Assembly: GCA_030295235.1 (NCBI GenBank)
Contig: AP026134.1
Span: 1,054,001-1,118,000, forward strand
From: Fistulifera solaris
Lineage: Eukaryota
Direction: 5' to 3'
Length of the DNA: 64,000 nt
Shown: positions 1-10,796 of the stretch, one piece after another
How positions within the stretch are numbered: position 1 is the stretch's first letter
Layout of the letters: each line of letters opens with the position of its first letter
Made by a program: the position numbers and the translations under genes
Notes under the pieces: model-generated
Database searches by the model: none
What the model was told of the DNA's origin: nothing
What the model saw: the letters and a program-made list of their open reading frames with translations, nothing else

Positions 1-136
1 GGGATGCTGGTGTTGTCTACAGCTCTTTTCTATGACTTGGATCCCACTGCCGGCCTCCTTTTACTCCCCTACCTGTGCATGGGTGATGGTAGCCACGGCG
101 CTGAACTTTGAAATCTATCGTCTAAACCAAAAGTAA
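1..136 (+). CDS. TSPO: TspO/MBR (translocator protein) family, 3' end only; 1-nt frameshift near 73-76
   Basis: Frame 1 reads ...DPTAGLLLLPY. After a 1-nt shift it continues AWVMVATALNFEIYRLNQK*, matching the TSPO C-terminal LLLPYxAWxxxATxLN...RLN motif. Confidence 0.75.
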   Translation, partial: GCWCCLQLFSMTWIPLPASFYSPTCAWVMVATALNFEIYRLNQK

Positions 137-217
137 AAGGCACTCGAAACAGTTATTGCATTCTTTCTATTGCACACGGATTAGGTAAACTAAGTAAGCT
201 TGCATCGTGTCTGTAGA

Positions 218-3200
218 TTATTCGCAAACACTACTTTCTACGCCTGCCGCGCTTCGAAGCAATCGCTGCATTTTGGGGGCAATATCGGAGCCAGAAGGAT
301 CGAGAGAACCGAGAACCATGTTTTCGATCCGGGGGTTGCGGAACGAAATACGTTCCAGATCGTCAGACTGATCATCATCAACCAACTCTAATAGTTGCCC
401 GAACACCGTATCAGAAAATACCTTTTCGCGAAGCGTGCTATCAAAAATATCAACTTGCTGATTCAGTAGCCTTCGCCATGCTGCTTCGTTGGATACAATA
501 GATTTGCACCAAACGGATGTAGCTTTCTCTTCCATTTCAGAAATACTTTCAAAAGCTGTTGCGATGGCCAGTCCAATCATGCATGCATGGGCCTTATCGG
601 CCGAGTCATTAACCTGGTCTACTTTTTGCAGAGCAACCTGAAGCAATCGATGCGGTGGCTGAAGTGGATTCTCGGTGTCCCCCATCAGCTCCTTCTGAGC
701 CATAACCAGCTCCCTTTTCTTCTCAATATTGCGATGAAGTTTCATGGATTCATCTGCCTGTACAAGAGACTCCATCATCACAATTCTGTTACTCAGATTG
801 GCAGCACTCAACGTATTTAAGGTGTCCGACAGTGCAGCATTTCCTCCACTGATCTTCTGCAGTAACGAAGCAGTGGCCGAGCTGTAGTCCTTGTTCTGAA
901 TGTCATTTATCCATTTATAGGGAGCAAGGGCTGTCTCATTCTTCATCCAGTGCGCGAGAGCTTTAGGACAGTATTTGCCATACCTCAGCGTATGACCGAA
1001 AAGGCGGCGGTCAATAAACCATTTCAAAACTCCTGATCCAAAGAACAAATTTGTTGTCTTGTCCACTTGTGCAGAATTTGCTTCAAATAAAGGCTCTAAA
1101 GCAAAACTTGCACCATCGCCTCTCTGCTCATGGTCGTAAACAATCTCACATAGTCCATCGATGTAGATATGTGCCACGCACAGTTCGAACAAGAACAGAT
1201 CGTTTTTCCATGTGTTAATGCGGCGTAGTAAGGAGAAGGCCTCTTTCAGTGCTTCGGTGTAAGAAGACCTTGTATCGTCATTCGGAAAAGCCATCAGGTT
1301 ATCCAAGCAAGTTTGAAGCCAAAATTGTACAATGGATTGGGCGACAATAGACGAAGCGACAGAATGAGACCCCCAGAATAATACCTGACGCTTCAGAATA
1401 TTCTGTAACGAAGGGCGACTGGTCCAAACGGGGACATCAGTCAAGGATTGTACCTGAGGAAGCACGTTAGGTGTAACATCGTAGGTCGCGTTCGCACGCT
1501 CGGCACGGAACGCCAATGCTGCATCGATTCCTTCGCAGCACCATCGCAGAAATGATTCTTGCCGATCTTGTCCTCCACCAGTCAAACAAATTTCCTGCAA
1601 CTCCTCAAGCCATTCTGCAACACTACCTGCTCTTAGCTCCTTTATTTGATCTCGTTCCCATCCAATGGTGTGCTTCGAGGCGATCACTTGCAAAGCGCTG
1701 GCTTCTTGTCCCATGGCAAGTAACTGCCAGCGACATAGAGCGGAAAGATCACGATAGCGTGCAGTTTGCTGTAAGAACTCAATAAGCGCAAGATGCAACT
1801 CGACAGGCCGTGATGGCGATGTAATGATTTCCCGCTGTTCTTGCAACAACTGTTTTGAGAAGGACATGACTGCTTGTTCGAGATCACCGACACTCGCATC
1901 GAGAAGTGACGGCGGTAAGCGAGGTACCTGGTCCGGGTGACTATAATTTTCCCAAAAAGCTGCCTTAAGATGCATTTGCAACGTTTTGCCTTGAATTCGG
2001 TTGCCACCAGAAGATGAGCTTTTGATAGTTTCATCGCGCAAGGTAAAGCGTAAACCGATCCCGGTAGCATCCCAAACAATGATGCCGTACTTGACCCAAT
2101 CTTTGGTAAGCGTTTCGGGTAGAATGGTAGCGACTGTTCCAGGAACGTGCACATCCAATTCGTGGACACGATCACCACTCAACGCTAGGACAACGGTAGT
2201 TCGACCTGCTTGTCCCACCCCCAATCGTACTCGTCCAGGATCCACATGGGTCGATACGATGGTGTAGGCAATATTGTTTTCGGCAACTTCCAGTCCAGCA
2301 ACTTGAGCCTCCTGCGCAGGATCCACAAAACGATTGAGCCGTTGCATCACTTGGAGCTCTCCGTCGAGAAATCGAGCCCAATACAAGCGCGAGTTCTCAT
2401 GATCGGAAACCACCAAGAAGAGCATGTGCAACGCCTTTCCTTGATATGCCGCTTGAATGACTTTGAGCATTGAAATTCCGCTCGCGTTTTCTTGCGCCTG
2501 GTAGACGGGCCACAGCTGGAGTACCTCTCGGCATTCGAACAACACGCGGCGGGACTCGGTATGATTCATGGTCCATTCCAAGACAGAACCGTCGGCAAAT
2601 ACAACTTGAAACGTTCGATCGGTACAAGGACACACCGCCACAACCGCTTCCGAGGGTGGCGGCAATGTTGAAGAAGAAGTCCATAACGGAAAGAACGAAG
2701 ATCTCTTCTCCTCTTGTACAAGTTGCGCATGAATACTCATGGGGATGGTAGTCTGTGACACCCAATAGACGTGTCCCTGTGATGTTCCTACCCAAATACG
2801 AGGAGCCTGTCCTGCCGCAACTTGGAGGGTTGTAATAGAATCACCCTCTGGCAAAGGAATCGAAGTATAGGTAGCGGGTTGTTGACGTTGTTTTAAGGAA
2901 CGCGCATCGAGTTGCCACACTAGGAAATCTCCATTATCTTTGTTTACAGCATACACAAAGGCAGCTCGGGGAGATTGTGGGTCGGTGTGTAACTTGACAA
3001 TGGTTTTGTCGTACGCTAGTTTTGGGTGCACTAAAGAAAGGGTAGCCAGAGAGAGCTTTTGATCCCCAAGAGTTGCCTTCGGCGGAGCGTACCAGACTTT
3101 TAATTCCGTAGATAAAACAAGGCAGTTCCAGCGCAATCTTGCAGCTCCTGCAATGTAATAACTGTCCTCGGATAAAATACTTTCCGGCAAAGGGAAACAA

Positions 3201-3409
3201 CATCCATCGACCAAGGCAAATCCGCGGTCGGTGTTTGAATGTTGCGATGGGTTTCTGTTCCCTGCAGCATTCCAGGCGAAGATAGAGCCATTTCTATTCT
3301 TTTTTCGTGCAGCGTTTTTTGTGGGGGAAGGTTTGTTCGACAACGTTATTGACCCCACTGCTATCCTTTCGACCTTCACACCATCATTAAACTCCGTATT
3401 TCTTTTCAT
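218..3409 (-). CDS. NUP133: Nucleoporin Nup133-like (N-terminal beta-propeller, C-terminal helical solenoid)
   Basis: Uninterrupted ORF of about 1060 aa with first ATG at 3409. Beta-rich N-half, then a helical half with YKWINDIQNKDYSSATASL and TLSAANLS segments resembling the Nup133 C-terminus. Confidence 0.6.
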   Translation of the reverse strand: MKRNTEFNDGVKVERIAVGSITLSNKPSPTKNAARKKNRNGSIFAWNAAGNRNPSQHSNTDRGFALVDGCCFPLPESILSEDSYYIAGAARLRWNCLVLSTELKVWYAPPKATLGDQKLSLATLSLVHPKLAYDKTIVKLHTDPQSPRAAFVYAVNKDNGDFLVWQLDARSLKQRQQPATYTSIPLPEGDSITTLQVAAGQAPRIWVGTSQGHVYWVSQTTIPMSIHAQLVQEEKRSSFFPLWTSSSTLPPPSEAVVAVCPCTDRTFQVVFADGSVLEWTMNHTESRRVLFECREVLQLWPVYQAQENASGISMLKVIQAAYQGKALHMLFLVVSDHENSRLYWARFLDGELQVMQRLNRFVDPAQEAQVAGLEVAENNIAYTIVSTHVDPGRVRLGVGQAGRTTVVLALSGDRVHELDVHVPGTVATILPETLTKDWVKYGIIVWDATGIGLRFTLRDETIKSSSSGGNRIQGKTLQMHLKAAFWENYSHPDQVPRLPPSLLDASVGDLEQAVMSFSKQLLQEQREIITSPSRPVELHLALIEFLQQTARYRDLSALCRWQLLAMGQEASALQVIASKHTIGWERDQIKELRAGSVAEWLEELQEICLTGGGQDRQESFLRWCCEGIDAALAFRAERANATYDVTPNVLPQVQSLTDVPVWTSRPSLQNILKRQVLFWGSHSVASSIVAQSIVQFWLQTCLDNLMAFPNDDTRSSYTEALKEAFSLLRRINTWKNDLFLFELCVAHIYIDGLCEIVYDHEQRGDGASFALEPLFEANSAQVDKTTNLFFGSGVLKWFIDRRLFGHTLRYGKYCPKALAHWMKNETALAPYKWINDIQNKDYSSATASLLQKISGGNAALSDTLNTLSAANLSNRIVMMESLVQADESMKLHRNIEKKRELVMAQKELMGDTENPLQPPHRLLQVALQKVDQVNDSADKAHACMIGLAIATAFESISEMEEKATSVWCKSIVSNEAAWRRLLNQQVDIFDSTLREKVFSDTVFGQLLELVDDDQSDDLERISFRNPRIENMVLGSLDPSGSDIAPKMQRLLRSAAGVESSVCE

Positions 3410-3754
3410 GGTGGTCGTTGCTCCAGTGCGTGCTCTTGGCTCGCTTGGATCTGTTTTTTCTCTTAAATTTTCAAGTACCGCAAAGGCTTCCAAGCAACTA
3501 AATACGGTACTGCATTAAGAGCAACACCTGGTAGCAGGTGCGGTACCGGTACCGCACCGGTACCGCATGCGAAAATATGAACTTGCATTTTTATTGAACA
3601 TTCGTTGGCTTTTCTCGTCACGTGCATCAACTTCTTTACCATCATCTAGTCATGAAACTCGACTAATACACGGCTTTTTGTCGTCAAAAATCTGTCTTGA
3701 TCGTGCTTCTCTTGTTGCGTTGAACACTGCTCAGAGAACACAATTCCTGCAAAA

Positions 3755-5233
3755 ATGGCCCTGCGAACGATACTTGCTTATTTGTTGCTGTTCACGCATT
3801 CCTCCACGGCGGGTCCGTTTGGCGTTTCAAACAACAAACAAACTTCTCTTCTAGCAGATTCAAAAACGAATGTACCGCAACCTTCCTTACACGCACCTTT
3901 CTCTGTGGTATCGACCATTGTTTTGACGCAAAGGACGAATGGTGCCGACGGCATTTTGGCTCCAACGACAGTTTCATGGGATATTCAGTCGGGTTGTATG
4001 CTCGTACCGAACGGAGACGCTCGTGAAGCTCCTTTATGGTGTGGACGCGCCCAGTGGTCACCACAAAGTCTGCCGCTCTGGAATACACTGGCGTTACTCA
4101 GCGATTTGCTCGTTGTGGTCGTCGAATCGCCCGACACGACACCCGATCTTCCATCCGACTGTATTCTGGCATTCGTGGATGGCTTGCGACAACGCGTGCA
4201 TGCGGCAGGATTACCGAAGGGAAGATTGATCATACTGCGGAATCATCTGGCGACACCGGAAGAAGTAGCAGAATGGAAGGAACATTTAGACACATCACTG
4301 GGACTTTCTTCTTCCTTGTCAACGGATTTGCTGCAACTTTTCTTTGTTTCCTCGGGAAACTCGTTTCAAGAAGCATTAAAAGATACAACATGGGATGCTG
4401 TGCAAACGCAAGGTGTTTGTGCAATTTTGAGAAATGACGTGGAAGCATTTGCCCCTTTATTGCAGCGAGTCTTTCATTCCAAAGGTGGTCTGCAAGAAGC
4501 GAACGTGTTGGAAAAGCAGGTATCAAGATCACTCTTTCCCCCGAGGTTAATGAAAGAAATTGAACTCACGCCGTTTGATTTGGGAGTGCGCGAAAGTGCT
4601 ATGGCTGCTTTGCAAATAGTACAATCGACACAAGAACAGGCATGTCTCGATTCGGAGAAAAATCTGCTCGATTTTTCGTCTTTGGTAGACCCCCTTTTGG
4701 ATGATTTTGCTCAAAATTTGAATCTACTCTCATCACCACAAGCCCAACGAGTCACTGAAGGGCAAATACGCGAGAGAGTAGTACATCTTTACGAAAAACA
4801 CCTGCAATCGTTAAGGGACTATTTTGGCACGATGTACGAAGATCTACTCGATGAAAACTTACAAAAGCCTGCTCACTGGCCGGAATTTGCCAGAATTGTG
4901 AAGAGCGCTTTCTTAGAACGCGCAACAGATGCTGTTCCACAAAAGGCGCGAGAAAATGGGATCTTCCACTACTGGCAATTGGACTACAGCAAAGCCTCGG
5001 AGGGCCTGTTGCAGGACATGACGGAAATCACAGAATTCAGGAGACAAGATGACGAAGAGCTACTACTCGGAGTAGAACCAGAGGAACGTCGAATTCCAAA
5101 ATGGGCCGAGCAACTTGGTGCCCGAGCGTTAATGTTGGGAGTGAACTACTTGCAAGGATGGCTAGCCTTACAGGGACTTCGACAGGCCGCGTTGGAGCGC
5201 GAGCGAAATTTACCAAAATTTCCATTGTTTTAG
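3755..5233 (+). CDS. Signal-peptide protein with degenerate Sey1/RHD3-like domain
   Basis: 492-aa ORF with a hydrophobic N-terminus (MALRTILAYLLLFTHSSTA). LALLSDLLVVVV and RLIILRNHLATPEE resemble Sey1 strands. No P-loop. Confidence 0.55.
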   Translation: MALRTILAYLLLFTHSSTAGPFGVSNNKQTSLLADSKTNVPQPSLHAPFSVVSTIVLTQRTNGADGILAPTTVSWDIQSGCMLVPNGDAREAPLWCGRAQWSPQSLPLWNTLALLSDLLVVVVESPDTTPDLPSDCILAFVDGLRQRVHAAGLPKGRLIILRNHLATPEEVAEWKEHLDTSLGLSSSLSTDLLQLFFVSSGNSFQEALKDTTWDAVQTQGVCAILRNDVEAFAPLLQRVFHSKGGLQEANVLEKQVSRSLFPPRLMKEIELTPFDLGVRESAMAALQIVQSTQEQACLDSEKNLLDFSSLVDPLLDDFAQNLNLLSSPQAQRVTEGQIRERVVHLYEKHLQSLRDYFGTMYEDLLDENLQKPAHWPEFARIVKSAFLERATDAVPQKARENGIFHYWQLDYSKASEGLLQDMTEITEFRRQDDEELLLGVEPEERRIPKWAEQLGARALMLGVNYLQGWLALQGLRQAALERERNLPKFPLF

Positions 5234-5355
5234 AAACTTTTCTGTTTATTAGCGTATTCCAGTTGTGGAGTGTGAATTACAAATTACATTTACATGGTGT
5301 CACTTAGAGATGCGATACAGCATTGTTGTGAAGAAGCACTACCGATCTTGTCACC

Positions 5356-6476
5356 CTATCTCATCAACAGATCATCACGATCCTCAAATGGCTGGAAAGC
5401 GTAGGATCCAGAAGGATCACGATGATGAATCTGACCTGCCCGAGATGGGGGTTTTACATTCGGCACTTGTTGGGTGTCAGCAATGTTGACTTCGTCCATG
5501 TGCCGGATTTGGCGAGGTCGTTTTTGAGACGACCGAAACTGCTCACTCCTACGCGGACCCGGTGGTATCCAGTAATCAAGAATATTGTAGCCCAAGCAAA
5601 AACAAGCTTCGTGAGCCCCGGTGCTGGGGTCATTCTCTTCCGACAAGGAGTTGTCTGTTTGCGAAAGTCGTCGATCACGCATGTGCTCAGGTCGTCGATC
5701 CGACATCATGGTTCCATTACCAGTACCTCGGCGAGGGTTGGCCATCCTTCGACTGTACGGTCGTTGTTGTGTCTCCACAGTATCATGCGGGGTGACACCG
5801 CAGTCATAAAGAGGGAATTCCGCCTGGCATTTTTCTTCCGCCGGATGTTCATTGGTCGACATGGCCCCTCGGTGAGAATACCTCGATCGAGAGCGCTGAC
5901 TTTCGTGACGAGCTAAATTCTGGGGAAGACAATGAACATCTCCAGCCGATATATTTCCGGTCGAATCCAGTCGATAAATGGTTTGGTCTTTGGTGGTGGG
6001 ACACGAGCTGCTAGTGGCCGTGGCCAGAGTAATATCATCTTTCTCAACAGCATAAGCGAAATCACGAGACTCAGCATGACCGAGCACCATCAACTCTGGT
6101 TTTCGTTCCGGACGAACCTCAAGACCGTGGTCCAGTTTCTCTAATTGAAGCAGCATGGATCGCTGCCAAGGTTGCGTCAAGTCAATGTTGATACCTCGGT
6201 TTTTGACAACGGATGCGTACGAATATCGATTTTTGTTGTGATTCCCATGAGGGGCGGCTGTATAGTCTTTGTGATCCGACTTGCTCTTTTCAAATCGCTT
6301 GGATTGGAATCGGTTGTGTGAAAAGAGGGTTCCTCTTCAAAGGCATCCGTTTCATCTTCCATTGTACCGAGGGCTGTCATGGATGCTGTAGTATCATGAT
6401 CGCTATCGAGACTGTGAATAACAGCATGATCGTCCATTATTTCCATAGAAACAGCTTCTGCACTTGTGTGTTTCAT
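5356..6476 (-). CDS. Hypothetical low-complexity protein (two abutting ORFs, probably one gene with a frameshift near 6200)
   Basis: ORFs 6177..6476 and 5356..6180 overlap on the same strand with similar hydrophilic composition. No recognisable domain. Confidence 0.45.
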
Positions 6477-7196
6477 TGTTACGTGTCAGTGAGTGCAACA
6501 GGCAATACTATTTTAATAAAACCTCGGAACGAATCAAGAAGAAAGGACGAGTTGTGACATCCGTTGTGAAAATAATGGCATGTCATCAAACGAATTCGGC
6601 ATGACCGCAGTCAACGCATGATGTTATAAAAATAAATCATCTTCCGCTGTAAGTTTCACTCGTTCTTTCTGGTGCGTTGAGGCGTTGTGGGATTGCATAG
6701 TAATTAATAAATCAACATTTAGACGCTTGTTATTCGCGCACCTCGTGCCGTCACGGTGATGTTTCGTTGCGAATGAATTGCAAGTGCAAGGCGGTTTAAT
6801 TATTCGAGTTGGGCGAGAAAATCTTCCGTGCACTGGTTCTGTCGGTTAAACAACGGGCGAACGGAAATAACACTATAGGGGAAAATCTTACTATCTTGAA
6901 ATAAGAAGTAGGAGAATCTTTTCTCCGACTCAACCAGTTTTCAGTCGCGAAAACGTCCGACCGCAATTTTTTCAACCAAGTGCTGGAAACAGCGATAAAA
7001 TTCTGCCTCATCATGGACGCTACGTAGAATCCTGTACTGGGAGGCAGAATTTTAACGTCCTTCCCTGTGCAGCGACTAAATGAGATTATTTAGTCACGAG
7101 TCCTATTTTCGTTGAAAGTTGTTTGATGCCGTCTGGTCAACTCAACAATATTATTGATTGCTGACATATGATTTCTATGACTTGTATCAGTAGAAG

Positions 7197-8764
7197 ATGA
7201 TGAATGCTCCCACATCCATTGTTACACGCTCCGCAGTGATGGCGTCGCTCATTCTGTTGGCCCTTTTACTACACTCAAACGCCCTCCCATTGCGACCGAT
7301 ACGCGGCATACGACAAACGCTGAGAAATCGTGTCTACCGTCCCGTCAAACAAATACTCTGGCCCAATACACTCTCCGATCTTTCCCGAGTAGAGCCGCTT
7401 CCGCCCGGTCCACTGGGCTGTCCTATTCGCGGTCTCAATACACGTTTGTCAAGTCCCTCGTTCGGGCCCGGTCTGTTGTTTTATCAAGTCTCCAAGAAAG
7501 TCAAACATGCGCGAGTCTTCAAGATTTTTAGTCAACGAAAAGGTATAGCCATCGTGTCGGGCTATCAGAATACCAAAACGGTCTTATCACAAGAATTCTC
7601 GGCCGTCGTTCCTCAATCGGTTCCATTTACTGCCAAAATTGTAGGAACTCACTCGTTGCGATGTGCCGACAATAAGCAACGACACGGTGAGTTACGGCAA
7701 TTGGTAGGAGCCGCTGTGCAATCCAACCGTGTGCGGGACATGGTCCCGGCCTTGCAACACATTGCCGAGTCTGTTCTCGAGCAACAGTCTTCTACTATGC
7801 AAATGGAAGATGTGTGTACCAGTTTTGCTTTGGACGTTGCGTGGAGACTCATCATTGGCTTACAAGACATGAATCAAACTTCAAGCTTTCGATATCATGT
7901 GAAAGCTTGGTTGAAGGGGATTTATCCAGGAGCGAACGACGATTGGCAGACATCCCGACAATTTCTGGTCGAGCAAATTGAGAAGAAGTTTCAATACTTG
8001 GAACAAAATGGACCCGATGAATCCACAGTGAGTGGTATGTTGTTTGCAACGGAAGAAAATGAAAGGAAAGCCACCAAGGAAGAAATCATTGATAATATTT
8101 TATTGTTGATCTTGGCAGGAACCGAAACATCCGCGGCAACTTTGACCAATTGCATGCTTCTTGTCGGCCTGCGACCGGATGCATGGCAAAAGGTGGTGCA
8201 AGAGCAGCAACAATGGATCAGAAAACATGGTCCTCAACTTTCGTACGAGGCTTTGGAGAACCATTGTCGCTACACGGACGGTGTTGTTCGTGAATCACTG
8301 CGAATCAAACCCACGACGGGCGGTTCCATGCGTGGAACGGCTTCCACAATTGTTGTCGATGGATATCAGATTCCTGCCGGCTGGGGGATTACGTACGATC
8401 GATATTTGACGCACCTGTTGGATCCTATCTCTCGAGAAAAGACGATCTTCACATGGACGTTCGCCAGGGATTCCGACCGGAACGATGGCTGGATGAAGCT
8501 ACGCGGCCGGGTCAAGAGTTTCTTCCTTTCGGAGTAGGGCCACGATACTGTCTCGGGGCTGAGCTTGCCATGTGTGAGATGAAAGTTTTCTTATCAGTTC
8601 TAGCTAGACAGATGCCCACTTTTAACCTGATCTACCCTGCCGTGGACGAGAGAATACGGTGGCGCCAAAAAGCTATTATACCTATTCCTGAGAAGGGTGT
8701 TCTGATACGCCAAAGCAATTTGTCTTCGGCGCTTACAGCACAAGAAAAGGTAACGTCTCTTTGA
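7197..8764 (+). CDS. Cytochrome P450 (frameshift in the A-run at about 8437-8440)
   Basis: N-terminal anchor, PPG hinge, I-helix LAGTETS and ExxR (ESLR). The next frame carries the PERW motif and the heme signature FGVGPRYCLG. Confidence 0.92.
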
Positions 8765-8915
8765 GCATGTTGCCTCTTTGAAAGATATATGATGAATGGA
8801 GACATCTTCAAGCAAAAGACACTGCCTGTTACATCCGATTGCAGAATACTCAGACACACAAACAATTAAATTAAGCTGTTCCTTATAGTTTCATCATACT
8901 CCATACTTGCTCCAA

Positions 8916-9586
8916 CTACTTCGCCTCCATACCTCGACGGATTTTCTCGGCTGTATCCGCATTACCATCCGGACCCATGGGATCTTTTGACGGATCTGGC
9001 TCAAAGATAACTTCGGGTGTTCCGACCATTTCCCACATGCGAACTTCTAAATAAGCATCTAAAGCCACCATTTCATCTTCTGCCATTTCAATTAACTCTT
9101 CCACTTGTCCCATGCGACAAGCATCTTCCACTGCCTCCGGATCATCCGGATTTGCCTTGGCTTGCGCAATTACGTAGTTGCACCATTTCGTCACATCAAT
9201 TCGATATTGGGCCGTACTAGGCATATCCGATGCTTCCATTTTATCCAAAAGTGCTTGAAACTTCTCTAGCATTACATTGTACCAATCTGGCTGCACAGCA
9301 AGGCCGACCTGTCAAAGAAAAACCAACAACAACTCGAAACGTAAGAAAAAAGGTAAAAGTATCTTTGGCGTTTTCATGCCTACTGTATTGCACGAAAAAC
9401 TAGCGACCGTCGATCAAAACTTACGTATCCTGTAGAAGTTTTGCCCTTATTAATGCCCGGAACGATTGATTCACGAGACGCCGCAACATCCGAAAACCGC
9501 TGTACCGTAATAACCGGAGGATTGCAGGGAAGTCTTCGGCAAATTGTCGCGCGCATCAGCGCCGGAAAAACTCGTCGACTCATCAT
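8916..9586 (-). CDS. NDUFA5: NADH:ubiquinone oxidoreductase subunit A5 (B13); intron 9309..9424
   Basis: Splicing GTAAG...CAG joins KTSTGY to VGLAVQP. Also has the GQVEELIEMAEDE motif and an Arg-rich mitochondrial presequence. Confidence 0.88.
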
Positions 9587-9822
9587 TCTTATTATTATTA
9601 TTCTATAAACACTTTATTGACGGAGCTACGAGCAAATACTTTGAACCAATGAGTGAGTGTATTGTTGTTACTATCCGCCTCAACCGCGTTATTGGCACTT
9701 TAGGCGTTGCGGTGTAATGCGAAGTGGTTTGGTGCGAGCGGTGGAAGGCCAGATCGTTTCGATTGTGACGTTGACAGTGACGTTGGCGTAGTGAGACTGT
9801 ATACCCAAAGTGTAAGCTTCAG

Positions 9823-9853
9823 TTCACCACGACTGCATTTCAGTCATGAGTAT
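9823..9853. promoter_or_regulatory. Recurrent palindromic intergenic element (copy 1, reverse orientation)
   Basis: The reverse complement reads CTCATGACTGAAATGCAGTCGTGGTGAA. It matches 42003..42026 exactly over 24 nt and 35375..35402 with 2 mismatches over 28 nt. Confidence 0.55.
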
Positions 9854-9872
9854 CAAATTCCATTCATCCGTT

Positions 9873-10129
9873 TTGTAACATGTCCGACTATTGCAACATG
9901 TCCGACTATTGCAACATGTCCGACTATTGCAACATGTCCGACTATTGCAACATGTCCGACTATTGCAACATGTCCGACTATTGCAACATGTCCGACTATT
10001 GCAACATGTCCGACTATTGCAACATGTCCGACTATTGCAACATGTCCGACTATTGCAACATGTCCGACTATTGCAACATGTCCGACTATTGCAACATGTC
10101 CGACTATTGCAACATGTCCGACTATTGCA
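9873..10129. repeat. Tandem minisatellite, 18-bp unit TTGCAACATGTCCGACTA, about 14 copies
   Basis: Directly visible. Units are identical except the first (TTGTAAC...). No spacers. Confidence 0.97.
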
Positions 10130-10242
10130 CACTGAATTCACAACTTGAGATGATTAATTTTCTTATTCATTTTATCAAAATCATCATTGTATCGAGGGAT
10201 TTTTATTGCTCTGTTATCTTTTCCACTCCATAATCCACATTC

Positions 10243-10643
10243 ATGCCATTGGTAAAGCTATTTGCTCACAGACATCTTATAAAGGTGGTGCTTTTGGCCA
10301 GCATTCAAAACAAACTTTGTGAAATATGGGGGACCACGCCCAACACAACAAAACTCATGTTGTTCCGCTGTGAAGATTGGACTGACGAAAGTTTTCAGGA
10401 GGATATTTATGTCAATATTTGGGCTTACGGTAAGAGGTGTCTGATTTTGCTCGCAATACAAGTGCTTCAAGGCTCACGAGCTTTGTATTACATTATGTAG
10501 GCAAGCCAGAGCACTCGGAAATGGTTCTGAATGGAATGAAAGATGTTCATAAAGCCTTTCGTGATCACAATTTAATCGCCAACATTCGATTGGAAACATA
10601 CGAAGGCAATCGTTACTTTCATTTACCACCAACTAAAGTCTAG
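10243..10643 (+). CDS. Small Pro-1 tautomerase/MIF-like protein, 109 aa; intron 10430..10500
   Basis: A GTAAG...TAG intron joins ...NIWAYG to KPEHSEMV...RLETYEGNRYFHLPPTKV*. The MP start and size fit the tautomerase/MIF superfamily (inference). Confidence 0.6.
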
Positions 10644-10796
10644 ATTATTGAATGTGTAGGCAACTACTAAAATAACTTTGTTCTAACTGAACAGAACCTA
10701 ACGGAGTAGACGCCTTTGGGACCCCATCAGTCGCATTATTTGAGTCATTCTAGTTGAACAACTTAGGCCAACGGAGATGATACAAATCATTACACA

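Noticed and set aside
9873..10129. CRISPR array
   Set aside because: The 18-bp units are contiguous with no unique spacers, there are no cas genes, and the context is eukaryotic.
9707..10233. Four overlapping repeat ORFs as real genes
   Set aside because: A unit length divisible by 3 keeps frames open trivially, and the flanks do not look coding.
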